In this document: one piece after another, positions 36,177-48,970 of the stretch
How positions within the stretch are numbered: position 1 is the stretch's first letter
Layout: each line of letters starts with the position of its first letter
NCBI RefSeq assembly: GCF_902713615.1
Contig: NC_052147.1
Location: forward strand, 12,225,664 to 12,289,663
Length of the DNA stretch: 64,000 bases
Origin: Scyliorhinus canicula
Taxonomy: Eukaryota
Direction of reading: 5' to 3'
Position numbers and translations under genes: made by a program
Notes under the pieces: model-generated
What the model was told of the DNA's origin: nothing
Databases searched by the model: none
What the model saw: the letters and a program-made list of their open reading frames with translations, nothing else

Positions 36177-38350
36177 CTGTCACACTGTACCCCAGTACAG
36201 CCAGTGTCGTGACAGTGTACCCCAGTACAGACAGTGCTGTGACAGTGTACTCCAGTACAGACAGTGCCGTGACAGTGTACCCCAGTACAGCCAGTGCCGT
36301 GACAGTGTACCCCAGTACAGACAGTGCTGTGACAGTGTAACCCAGTACAGACAGTGCCATGACAGTGTACCCCAGTACAGACAGTGCCGTGACAGTGTAC
36401 CCCGGTATAGCCAGTGTCGTGACAGTGTACCCCAGTACAGCCAGTGTCGTGACAGTGTACCCCAGTACAGACAGTGCCGTGACAGTGTACCCCAGTACAG
36501 ACAGTGCCATGACAGTGTACCCCAGTACAGACAGTGCCGTGACAGTGTACCCCAGTACAGACAGTGCCGTGACAGTGTAACCCAGTACAGACAGTGCCGT
36601 GACAGTGTACCCCAGTACAGACAGTGCCATGACAGTGTATCCCAGTACAGACAATGCCATGACAGTGTACCCCAGTACAGACAGTGCCGTGACAGTGTAC
36701 CCCAGTACAGACAGTGCCGTGACAGTGTACCCCAGTACAGACAGTGCCGTGACAGTGTAACCCAGTACAGACAGTGCCGTGACAGTGTACCCCAGTACAG
36801 ACAGTGCCGTGACAGTGTACCCCAGTACAGACAGTGTCGTGACAGTGTAACCCAGTACAGACAATGCCATGACAGTGTACCCCAGTACAGACAGTGCCGT
36901 GACAGTGTACCCCAGTACAGCCAGTGCCGTGACAGTGTACCCCAGTACAGACAGTGCTGTGACAGTGTAACCCAGTTCAGACAGTGCCATGACAGTGTAA
37001 CCCAGTACAGACAGTGCCGTGACAGTGTACCCCAGTACAGACAGTGCCGTGACAGTGTACCCCAGTACAGACAGTGCCGTGACAGTGTACCCCAGTACAG
37101 ACAGTGCCGTGACAGTGTACCCCAGTACAGCCAGTGCCATGACACTGTACCCTAGTACAGACACTGCCAGAACAGTGTACCCCAGTTCAGACAGTGCCGT
37201 GACACTGTACCCCAGTACAGACAGTGCTGTGACACTGTATTCCAGTAAAGACAGTGTTGTGGCACTGTATCCCAGTACAGACAGTTTTGTGACACTGTAT
37301 CCCAGTACAGACAGTGTTGTGACACTGTATCCCAGTACAGACAGTGCTGTGCCATGACACCCCAGTACAGACAGTGCTGTGACACTGTACCCCAGTACAG
37401 ACAGTGCTGTGACACTGTACCCTAGTGCAGACACTGCCATAACAGTGTACCCCAGTTCAGACAGTGCCGTTACACTGTACCCCAGTACAGGCGGTGCTGT
37501 GACACTGTATTCCAGTACAGACAGTGCCATGACAGTGTACCCCAGTACAGACAGTGCCGTGACAGTGTACCCCAGTACAGACAGTGCCGTGACAGCGTAA
37601 CCCAGTACAGACAGTGTCGTGACAGTGTACCCCAGTACAGACAGTGCCGTGACAGTGTAACCCAGTACAGACAGTGCCGTGACAGTGTACCCCAGTACAG
37701 ACAGTGCCGTGACAGTGTAACCCAGTACAGACAGTGCCGTGACACTGTACCCCAGTACAGACAGTGCCATGACAGTGTACCCCAGTACAGACAGTGCTGT
37801 GACACTGTATCCCAGTACAGACAGTGCTGTGACACTGTATTCCAGTACAGACAGTGTTGTGACACTGTACCCCAGTACAGACAGTGCTGTGACACTGTAC
37901 CCCAGTACAGACAGTGCTGTGACATTGTATCCAGTGCAGACAGTGTTGTGACACTGTACCCCAGTACAGACAGTGCTGTGACACTGTACCCCAGTACAGG
38001 CAGTGCTGTGACACTGTATCCCAGTACAGACAGTGTTGTGACACTGTACCCCAGTACAGACATTGCTGTGACACTGTACCCCAGTACAGGCAGTGCTGTG
38101 ACACTGTATCCCCGTACAGACAGTGTTGTGACACTGTACCCCAGTACAGACAGTGCTGTGATACTGTACCCCAGTACAGACAGTGTTGTGGCACTGTATC
38201 CCAGTACAGACAGTGCTGTGATACTGTACCCCAGTACAGGCAGTGCTGTGACACTGTATCCCAGTACAGACAGTGTTGTGACACTGTACCCCAGTACAGA
38301 CAGTGCTGTGACACTGTATCCCAGTACAGACAGTGTTGTGACACCGTACT
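36177..38350. repeat. 30-bp minisatellite (GTGACAGTGTACCCCAGTACAGACAGTGCC)n, about 72 units
   Basis: Direct periodicity; one 1-bp register shift near 37930. Confidence 0.98.
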
Positions 38351-38789
38351 CAAAAGAATAGTGCAGAGTCGAAATCAGAGTGAAGTATGTACTGAGGAAC
38401 AAAATTGAACAACAGATGGAATGTGCCGGAAGCTTTGGTAGTTCAGTTCGACAAAGTGATAGCAGCTGGATCACACATGGATGAAATTGGAATAAAGAAC
38501 ACAACAACACCGAAATGATATGTTATGAATAAGATTGTAAATTCTTTTGGATCTGTGTTTAAATCGTTTAATATTCCTCCATCGCCCTTATCTTTTCCTT
38601 TGCTTGCGATGCCACACAATCACTACCCAAATGAAGAACATACTTGGCTGCAGCTCTCCAGAAACATGCTTTCACATTGAGCAATCCTGTTGATAGCAGA
38701 TCTACAGGAATCCTGTTGTCACACATACTAATATTAGTGACTGATGGTGACAGATAACAGGATCCCCAGTGCTACCGTATTCCTGCCAT

Positions 38790-41700
38790 CATTATTCCCG
38801 CAGAATTATCAATCCCGCAAATTATCAATCCCGCAAAACTCTCAATCCTGCAGCATTATTAATCCCACAGAATTATCAATCCTGCAGCGTTATCATTCCC
38901 GCAGTAGCCTTGCAGAATTATACGTCCCGCAGAATTATAAATCTCGCAGCATTATTAATCCATTAGTATTCTCACAGAATTATAAATCCACAGCATTGAC
39001 AATATTGCAGAATTAACAATCCCACAGCATTCCTGCAGGATTATCAATCCCAGAGCATTATCACTGCCACAGTATTATGTAGAATTATCAATCCTGCAGA
39101 TTTATCAATCCCACAGAATTATGAATCCCACAGAATTATCAATCCTGCAGAATTATCAATCCCACAGAATTATCAATACCATAGAATTATCAATCCCGCA
39201 GGATAATCAATCCCGTAAATTATCAATCCCGCAGAATTATCAATTCTGCAGTATTTCCGCAGAATTATCAATCCCACAGAATTATCAATCCCGCAGAATT
39301 ATAAATCCCGCAGAAATATCAATCCCGCAGAATTATCAATCCTGCAGTATTTCTGCAGAATTATCAATCCCGCAGAATTATCAATCCCACAGAATTATCA
39401 ATCCCACAGAATTATCAACCCCACAGAATTATCAATCCCGCAGAATTATCAATCCCGCAGAATTATCAATCCCACAGAATTATCAATCCCACAGCAATTA
39501 TCAATCCCGCAGAATTATCAATCCCGCAGAATTATCAATCCTGCAGTATTATCAATAACGCAGTATTCCAGCAGAATTATCAATCCCACAGAATTATCAA
39601 TCCCGCAGTATTATCAATAACGCAGAATTAACAATCCCGCAGAATTATCAATCCCGCAGAATTATCAATCCCGCAGAATTATCAATAACGCTGTAGTCCA
39701 GCAGCATTATCAATCCCGCAGAATTATCAATAACGCAGTATTCCAGCAGTATTATCAATCCCGCAGAATTATCAATAACGCAGTATTCCAGCAGCATTAT
39801 CAATCCCGCAGAATGATCAATAACGCAGTATTCCAGCAGAATTATCAATCCCGCAGAATTATCAATAACGCAGTATTCCAGCAGCATTATCAATCCCACA
39901 GAATTATCAATAACGCAGTATTCCAGCAGCATTATCAATCCCGCAGAATTATCAATAACGCAGTATTCCAGCAGCATTATCAATCCCACAGAATTATCAA
40001 TAACGCTGTATTCCAGCAGCATTATCAATTCCGCAGAATTATCAATCCCGCAGTGTTCCAGCAGCATTATCAATCCCGCAGAATTATCAATAACGCTGTA
40101 TTCCAGCAGCATTATCAATCCCGCAGAATTATCAATAACGCTGTATTCCAGCAGCATTATCAATCCCGCAGAATTATCAATAACGCTGTATTCCAGCAGC
40201 ATTATCAATCCCGCAGAATTATCAATAACGCAGTATTCCAGCAGCATTATCAATCCCGCAGAATTATCAATAACGCTGTATTCCAGCAGCATTATCAATC
40301 CCGCAGAATTATCAATAACGCAGTATTCCAGCAGCATTATCAATCCCGCAGAATTATCAATAACGCAGTATTCCAGCAGCATTATCAATTCCGCAGAATT
40401 ATCAATCCCGCAGTGTTCCAGCAGCATTATCAATCCCGCAGAATTATCAATAACGCTGTATTCCAGCAGCATTATCAATCCAGCAGAATTATCAATAACG
40501 CAGTATTCCAGCAGCATTATCAATCCCGCAGAATTATCAATAACGCTGTATTCCAGCAGCATTATCAATCCCGCAGAATTATCAATAACGCTGTATTCCA
40601 GCAGCATTATCAATCCCGCAGAATTATCAATAACGCAGTATTCCAGCAGCATTATCAATCCCGCAGAATTATCAATAACGCAGTATTCCAGCAGCATTAT
40701 CAATTCCGCAGAATTATCAATCCCGCAGTGTTCCAGCAGCATTATCAATCCCGCAGAATTATCAATAACGCTGTATTCCAGCAGCATTATCAATCCAGCA
40801 GAATTATCAATAACGCAGTATTCCAGCAGCATTATCAATCCCGCAGAATTATCAATAACGCTGTATTCCAGCAGCATTATCAATCCCGCAGAATTATCAA
40901 TAACGCTGTATTCCAGCAGCATTATCAATCCCGCAGAATTATCAATAACGCAGTATTCCAGCAGCATTATCAATCCCGCAGAATTATCAATAACGCTGTA
41001 TTCCAGCAGCATTATCAATCCCGCAGAATTATCAATAACGCAGTATTCCAGCAGCATTATCAATCCCGCAGAATTATCAATAACGCAGTATTCCAGCAGC
41101 ATTATCAATCCCGCAGAATTATCAATAACGCTGTATTCCAGCAGCATTATCAATCCCGCAGAATTACCAATAACGCAGTATTCCAGCAGCATTATCAATC
41201 CCGCAGAATTATCAATAATGCAGTATTCCAGCAGCATTATCAATCCCGCAGAATTATCAATAACGCAGTATTCCAGCAGCATTATCAATCCCGCAGAATT
41301 ATCAATAACGCAGTATTCCAGCAGCATTATCAATCCCGCAGAATTATCAATAACGCAGAATTATCAATAACGCAGTATTCCAGCAGCATTATCAATCCCG
41401 CAGAATTATCAATAACGCAGTGTTCCAGCAGCATTATCAATCCCGCAGAATTATCAATAACGCAGAATTATCAATAATGCAGTATTCCAGCAGCATTATC
41501 AATCCCGCAGAATTATCAATAACGCAGTGTTCCAGCAGCATTATCAATCCCGCAGAATTATCAATAACGCAGAATTATCAATAACGCAGTATTCCAGCAG
41601 CATTATCAATCCCGCAGAATTATCAATAACGCAGAATTCCAGCAGCATTATCAATCCCGCGGAATTATCAATAACGCTGTATTCCAGCAGCATTATCAAT

Positions 41701-41890
41701 CCCGCAGAATTATCAATAACGCAGTATTCCAGCAGCATTATCAATCCCGCAGAATTATCAATAACGCTGTATTCCAGCAGCATTATCAATCCCGCAGAAT
41801 TATCAATAACGCAGAATTCCAGCAGCATTATCAATCCCGCGGAATTATCAATAACGCTGTATTCCAGCAGCACTATCAATCCCGCAGTAC
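38790..41890. repeat. Tandem array: 17-bp monomer GCAGAATTATCAATCCC grading into a 45-bp higher-order unit
   Basis: 17-bp spacing at 39423/39440; from ~39680 the unit is GCAGAATTATCAATAAC+GCAGTATTCCA+GCAGCATTATCAATCCC (17+11+17). Confidence 0.97.
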
Positions 41891-42074
41891 TCTCACCATC
41901 ATTCTCAGCATTCCTGGTGTTGATCTCACGGATGCCGAACATAAGTCATATAAACAGAGAAGGGCACGCTGAACTTCACGTGAGGGCAGTTTTTTCTCGA
42001 CAGACTGGCTGAGCAACCAGGAGGTGGAGAGCCCTTCAGGACCTCGCACACACACACACAAACATATGTATATA

Positions 42075-42202
42075 TAAAAGCTGCGGATACTGGAATCTGA
42101 AACGAAAGAGAAAATGCTGGATAATCTCAGCAAGTCTGGCAGCATCTGTAGGGAGAGACAAGAGCTAACGTTTCGAGTCCGACGACTCTTTGACAAAGCT
42201 TT
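42075..42202 (-). mobile_element. Penelope-like terminal fragment with degenerate hammerhead
   Basis: Minus strand AGCU-UUGUCAA-A-GAGUC-GUCG-GACUC-GAAA-CGUU-AGCU: stems and GAAA intact, CUGANGA core altered. Confidence 0.55.
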
Positions 42203-44230
42203 AACAGTGTTAAACAGCTTCAAGAGTGTTCCGGAAGATCCATCTTTCTTTAACAGGAGGCCCATCTTCTTTCTCCAACGGTGGGTCAGTGAAGTCGTGT
42301 GCCTTTCAAACACGGCAACCGTGTCTGACAGCAGGATGCGTGCTGTCAAGCCTGGTCCCTCCACGGAAGACGACGAGATAACCCCAGGCCCATAATTAAT
42401 TAGGCCGGGGGCATGGCTTCCCGTCGACCTCCGCAGCGGAAAACACTCCCCACCCCTGCCCCCACCAGGGGGCTTACTCCTGGATGGGTGAATTCTGCCC
42501 ATTGGTACTGAATACTGCATCTGCAGGAGGTGCTCCCCCTCATGCCGCAGCACAAATAAACACAGCCCATTGAACAAGGCCCAAAAGCCTGAACTATCCA
42601 CAGACGTTAGTTCATTCGGCTATGCCAATCAGGATCTGAATGCTTGTTTTCGAAGCCGCCACATGCCACAAGAATGATGTTCCCTGAAGCTTTCAATACC
42701 AGATGCAGTAAGGAACACCAGGTTTACATGTGGTTCAGTGCGTGCTCCTCAAAGGGACCGCCTGTTCGGAGGGAACCAACAAAGTAAGCTTTTTAAATAT
42801 CGATTCGCTCAATCATGTTGCTTGGAGGAATCGTAAGTATATCAGTTGCGCTTTGTGCCTTACCAATCAGTCCCAGGGGCTGATTCCTGCTCCTCCACCC
42901 CGCCCATGTAGCTATGAATGAGCATATTTAAATCTCTGATCCAACGTTTGCTGAACTCCAAAGTGTACAAAACGCGGCTATGTGCGGCCTTGGCCCTGCT
43001 TTCCCTGTTGAGGCCCCTCATCGAACGCGAGTCGCTATGGGACTTTGTTCCCATTTAGTAAAATCGCGCCCATAGATTCTCCCGACATATCCAACCTGTT
43101 CTCCTCGAGATCTTGAAAATTTGGATCAATTCACCAACTCCCCCTGCCTTTGGCATGCATTTAATCTCCATTTCCCTCTCCCTCCCTCAATAAACTGAAA
43201 GGCTAGCTCTGCCCAGGAGCGGAAAGGGCTGGAGGAAACGGTCAGAGGGAAGATTGGGGGGGGGGGGGTGGTGTGTGTGTGGAGGTGGGGCAGCACCCCC
43301 CACAAAGAGGAACTTGCCGGGCTGGATTTCTGAAAATTCCTGCGTTCGAACACGTTTTGTGTAAACTCTTCCAACTGTTTGTGCGGAAGCGTTAATGTAT
43401 TCAGCGAAGAAGTCGAGATCCAGACATGATGGACTCCCATTGCTCCTGCCACACTGTTTGTCTCCTCCTCGTGAGTGATTAGCAGCTTTCGATAGCCTCG
43501 CATTAACCAGCTTGGGATAACACGGCGAACACATCGGGAAAACTGGGACCGTTGGTGACAGCAGGAATTTTGCAGCAAAAAAAACAGCTTGGCCAGTAAA
43601 CAGGGTGCGATTACCAGATGGCGAATGACCATTGCACTCTCTGTCATAATTCACAGATCTCCTGATTGCCATTTACAATTGAACTGTGGTGTGAGTCAGC
43701 CTGCACCGCTGATTTGCTTTATTTATTGTAAATGAGTGACCTGCCTGTGGAACTTTCTCTTTCGACCTTGCACAGAACAGTTGTTTGAAAGATTCATTAA
43801 GAAAAAAAAAAATTAAACAAACTGACGTTCTAACTGCTCTGCTGTCATCGATGAAACAAATTTATGAGGCAATGCCGGTCCACAGCTCCATCGACACAGG
43901 CTGATGTTAAATACAGAATAATAGAAACCCATAGATGGTTATGAGGCAGCAACAATTTAATTGAGGGGGTGAGATCGTTTACCTGGGGAATAATAAATTT
44001 CTGGGAGGTATTACACGACTGCAATCCAATGAAGGGGATGCGGATGACGGGGGAAGAAGAAACACCAGGGAATGATCGTGAAGCTGTAACCGTACCATCC
44101 AGTAGGAAATTCATCCACCACAATTTGCAGCTGGAAATCAGGAAGGCAGAGGAATCATTTCGGTGAGGCCATGTTGGGTACTCCAAGGGCCTCTGAAATA
44201 CCTACCCCGCCATATTGGTCTCATCAATGT

Positions 44231-44556
44231 TCACATAGAATCATCGAATTTACAATGCAGAAGGAGGCCATTCGGCCCATCGAGTCTGCACCGGCCCTTG
44301 GAAAGAGCATCCTACTCAAGCACACACCTCCTCCACCCCATCCCCTTAACCCAGTAACCCCCCAATCAACATTTTTTGGACACTAAAGGCAATTTAGCAT
44401 AGCCAATCCACCTAACCCACACATCTTTGGACAGTGGGAGGAAACCGGAGCACCCGGAGGAAACCCGGGCGGACTCTGCACTGACAGTGACCCAAGCCGG
44501 GAATCGAACCTGGCGCTGTGAAGAAACTGTGCTAACCACTGTGCTACCGTGATGCC
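44231..44556 (-). mobile_element. HE1-like V-SINE
   Basis: Head, core and CR1-type tail, with small internal deletions. Confidence 0.88.
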
Positions 44557-45802
44557 ACATGCTCAGGTGAACCTCTTCAGTAGATGATATATTAATGATA
44601 TAAAAATTCACATCTTTGCACTCAAATTCTTCCCTGGCATTGCCTTTTCCAATCTCTTGAAACCAACTCCCCCCCCCCATCCCCATCCCCCTCCCAACCC
44701 CTCAACACGTGTTCCGAGCTGGTGGAGGCAGCTCACTACTGGCCGCCCGGGATATCTTCATATCTCGCCAATGACTGCGCCGTTGTGCGTGGCTCACCTG
44801 ACTTTCTGTCGGCAAACCCGTCTTTGGTAGGGCTGGAAGGTAGGGTCGGCGGGGAGGGCCGGAAAATCCCGCAGGAATTCCAGCTGTTGGTTGTATTCAG
44901 GGGCCTATTTAAGGGTCTTTCTGTGGAGTTGGTTGGTGCCGAACATAGCAGGTATCAAGCCTACTTAGCACCGTTCATTTGTTTCTACTACTGCCGTAAG
45001 CACTTTGGATTTAGTGCTCCACCTAACTCCATGGGGATACTGAAGGCTCATGAACACCTCCACTCCATTCCCATTCTCCTCCCAGGATCTACCTGATGGC
45101 TGCTGCTTGTGAGGAAGCTGGTGTAATATGTTCTTCTTGAACCAGCAAGTTGCCTCTGGACTAGATGACATCCACATATCGCCAGGAGAATGCTGATATT
45201 GTCTGCTATTGGTGCACACTCTCAAATATATGATTAAATATCTTATGGAAATTTGCCAATCATTTGGAAGGGTTATTCTCCGTGCAAATGGGAAAATGTG
45301 TTCAAACATTTTGCTGGTAAGTTTGTGAAGAACCCATCAAAGTCCTTAAAATGCTTTAAAAGGATCAACAATTTTATTCTCAGTAACTGAAAATTCTCAT
45401 GTCCAAAATAAGATAAAATTTAAAGATATATATATATGCTTCACAATGAGATGCCCAAAGATATGAATTGAATTGTCATCTTTGACTTGAAATATTAGTT
45501 TTTAATTTCAAGTCTCAGGCTTTCCCAAAATCTGTCCCTCCCAAAAACCAAAAAAAATAAATGATTTACTTGTTTCTCAAAAGCTTGTGATAAAAAATTG
45601 AGGGTAAACTTTGAAAGCATTGTTCAGGCAAAATTGATATTTAAATATGACAAACTGCATTGATTGCACACTGAAGGGGGGGGGGGGGGGGCTTCAGCGA
45701 TGATACCTCTTAAAACGGAATAGTTAGCATGCCACTAGAGTAGTTTTACATAAGTTACTTTATTAAGGATTGAGATGAATTATAGGACTGAGTAATCATT
45801 AT

Positions 45803-45984
45803 GAAATGAAATGAAAATCGCTTATTGTCACGAGTAGGCTTCAATGAAGTTACTGTGAAAAGCCCCTAGTCGCCACATTCCGGCGCCTGTCCGGGGAGGC
45901 TGGTACGGGAATCGAACCGTGCTGCTGGCCTGCTTGGTCTGCTTGAAAAGCCAGCGATTTAGCCCAGTGAGCTAAACCAGCCCC
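45803..45984 (-). mobile_element. Short tRNA-head SINE with tail C
   Basis: TSD CATTAT (45797-45802, 45985-45990); (TTTCA)n end. Confidence 0.85.
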
Positions 45985-47649
45985 CATTATTAACCAGGCT
46001 GCTGGCCTGTTTGGTCTGCTTGAAAAGCCAGCGATTTAGCCCAGTGAGCTAAACCAGCCCCTTTATTAACCATTAAACACGTATTTTTAGGACATAGCAG
46101 TAATAAGTAATCAAATGGGATTTAGGATAGCTAGCTTGTCTGGAAGGAAGTCACTTCTGATGTCTTGTCTTTGTGAACCAATGCAGGAAATGGGTTTTGC
46201 TGGTCCTGCTTTTCACAGACAATGCACAGCAAATTACTCGTAAGCATAGCTGTCAGGCTGAGGATCAATCATGCGCTGCTTGCAATTCTATTGGGTGAAG
46301 CTTAAACATTGGTTGCAATTCTATTGGATAAGTTTAAACGTAGCAGCTTCAGGGATTGGATCGTGTCCAACTGGCGTGGGCTATTGATTTTTAAAAATTG
46401 TATTAGCACTATGTTCTGGCCTTTATTCGGCAGAACAGATCTTGGCAGATATCCAGTCTGTTCTCCATGTACAGGTAACAAGTTTGATTAAATAGCCATA
46501 TTGTCCAGGTTGTCGATGTGTTTTTTTCCCTCTCTGTACTGAGTCGAGCCACACGGAATAACCCCACGTGGAAGCTGACTCAATACACAGGTCTTGAAAC
46601 CACTCCTACACACACCTGTTGCTGTCAAGCCCCCTACAAATTTCAGAAGGTTTATTAAATTGAGAAGGACGTATTCATACGGATTCAGCATTTCCTATTC
46701 TAACAGTAGAACATAGGACCAGGAGTATGCCATTCAGCCCCTTGAGCTTCGTCTCCCTTTCAATGAGATCGCCGCGGATTTGGTTCTTAATTCCAATCTT
46801 GGTTCCAATAATCTAAATATTCCCGCCTGGCAAAAATTGATCAATCGTGAGTTTCAACTGATCGACTGGCCTCCAGACAACAGTTTTTAAGAGCACCTGC
46901 CACTGACCGTCGTTCGTGGGTTCAACACTGCTAAACCCCACCAATCGTGTCGCAAAGCTTGCAAAATCCCAAATCACCACCCGATGCAGCTAAACCTCCA
47001 CACCCCAGTGGTAGGTAGCGCCAAAGGGAAGATACCTAAAACCAGCTGGTGCATCATGTCACACCACCGTGGAATAGCAGTTCATTGCTGTAACCACATA
47101 GCCACTCTGTCCCAGGGGGGAAAAAAAGAAACACCCAGGCAGCCAAGAAGCAGCAAGGCCTCTCTGTTACAGCTCTGACCAAATAATTAGATCACAATGT
47201 TATAATCTGCAATATACTGCCTGCAAGGCTGGTGGAATTAGATTCAACAGTAACCTTTCCGGGGGCAATTTGGTGTATAAATGAAAGGACGAACCAATTG
47301 CAGGTCTGTGGCTCAAAGAGTGTGGGGGGAGTGGGAGAAAGCACGTGCTGAGAGCCAACACAGGTAGGACGGGCTAAATGGCCTCATTCTGTGACGCATG
47401 GTTCCATCAAACACCAGTGCAAACCCAGAATTTCATTTCAAACAAATGGAATTTGACTTATTCAGTCACAGTGCTCAGACCTTATTTCATAAATACTTCA
47501 TTGTATATTACAGAAGTATTGGACTCATTACACAGTGATCGGCTGCTGTAATAAATATATCATTGACATATCACTTATTGGAGAGATTTTTATGATTTAT
47601 GCGTACAATAATGGAAGTATCAACAAGGGTTTTAAGTATTTAAATGAAT

Positions 47650-48970
47650 TAATTCATTCAATGATTGTGGCCGTCACTGGCAAGGCCAGTATTTATTGCC
47701 CATCCCTAATTGCCCTTGAGAAGGTGGTGGTGAGCCGCCTTGTTGAACCCCTGCAGTCCATGCAGTATAGGTACACCCACAGTGCAGTTAGGGAGGGAAT
47801 TCCAGGATTTTTACCCAGCGCCAGCGAAGGAATGGCCGATGGATATTTCCAAGTCAGGATGGTAAGTGGCTTGGAAGGGAATTTGTTCCCATGCATCTGC
47901 TGCCCTCGTGCTTCTGGTATTAGCGGCCACTGTTTGGAAGAACATAGTACAGTGCAGAAGGAGGCCATTCAGCCCATCGAGTCTGCACCGACCCACTTAA
48001 GCCCTCACTTCCACCCTATCCCCGTAACCCAATAACCCCTCCTAACCTTTTTGAACACTGTGGGCAATTTATCATGACCAAATCCACCTACCCTGCACGT
48101 CTTTGGACTGTGGGAGGAAACCTGAGCACCCGGAGGAAACCCACGTAGACACGGGAAGAATGTGCAGACTCCGCACAGACAGTGACCCAGCGGGGAATTG
48201 AACCTGGGAACCTGGCGCTGTGAAGCGACAGTGCTATCCACTTGTGCTACCGTGCTGCTCCTAGGTGCTGTACAGGGAGCCTCAGCAAGATGCTGCAGCA
48301 CACATTGTAAATAGTGCATATTGCTGTTACTGTGCACCAATGGTGGAGTGAGTGAATGCTTAAAGTAGTGGATGGGGTGCCAATCAAGCAGGTTGCTTTG
48401 CCCTGAATGGTGTCAAGCTTTTTAATGAAATGCACTTTATTCAGGTAAGTGGAGGCCATTCCAGCCCGGCTTATCCCTTTCAGCTGGTGGACAGACTATG
48501 TGAAGTCTGGAGTGAGTCTTTCATTGTAGAATTCCCAGCCTCGGGCCCCTTCTTGTAGCCACAGTAGCTATAGGACTGGTCCGGTTCAGTTTCTGGTCAA
48601 CAGTGATCCCTGAGGATGTTGATGGTGGGGATTTGATTAGGCTAATGCTGTTGAATGTCAATGGGGGATTGTTAGATTCCCTCTTATTGGAGATAGTCAT
48701 TGCCCAGCGCCCGTGCAGCGTCAATATTGTCCGGGTCTTATTGCACATGGGCACGGACTGCTTCAGTATCTGAGGAGTATATGGTACTGAACATCAGTGA
48801 ACATCCCACTTCTGACCTTGTGATGGAAGGAAGGTCACTAATGAGGCAGCCGGGGGCACGGCCCAGAGGAGCCCCTGCAGCGAAGCCCTGGAGCTGAGAT
48901 TCTTGGCCTCCAATAACCGGCGCCATCTTCCTTCTCACTAGCGATGACTCAAGCCAGTGGGGAACTTTAG
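47650..48970 (-). mobile_element. Jockey/CR1-group LINE (family 2) 3' portion, interrupted by an HE1-like SINE at 47939-48258
   Basis: GITVDQKLNRTSPIATVATRRGPRLGILQ (ORF 48521-48754), KKLDTIQGKATCLIG (ORF 48247-48459); 3' end matches the family B SINE tail. Confidence 0.8.

Noticed and set aside
36130-38510. 546-aa and 346-aa VTALSVLGYT-repeat ORFs
   Set aside because: Translations of the 30-bp minisatellite, open on both strands, with a frameshift near 37930 and no non-repetitive domain.
39648-41477. 554-aa and 561-aa ORFs on opposite strands
   Set aside because: The 45-bp unit derives from a non-triplet 17-mer; frames break wherever extra 17-mers occur.
36177-41890. Possible CRISPR-like array
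   Set aside because: Units are contiguous with no unique spacers; vertebrate context; no cas genes.
42478-42520. Minus-strand exon with CTGCAG acceptor and GTAAGC donor
   Set aside because: Contains GAATTCTGCCC, a MITE terminus, so it is probably a degraded element; weak pyrimidine tract.
45086-45317. Exon bounded by CTCCTCCCAG and CTG|GTAAGT
   Set aside because: Stops in all three frames; could only be non-coding, which sequence alone cannot support.
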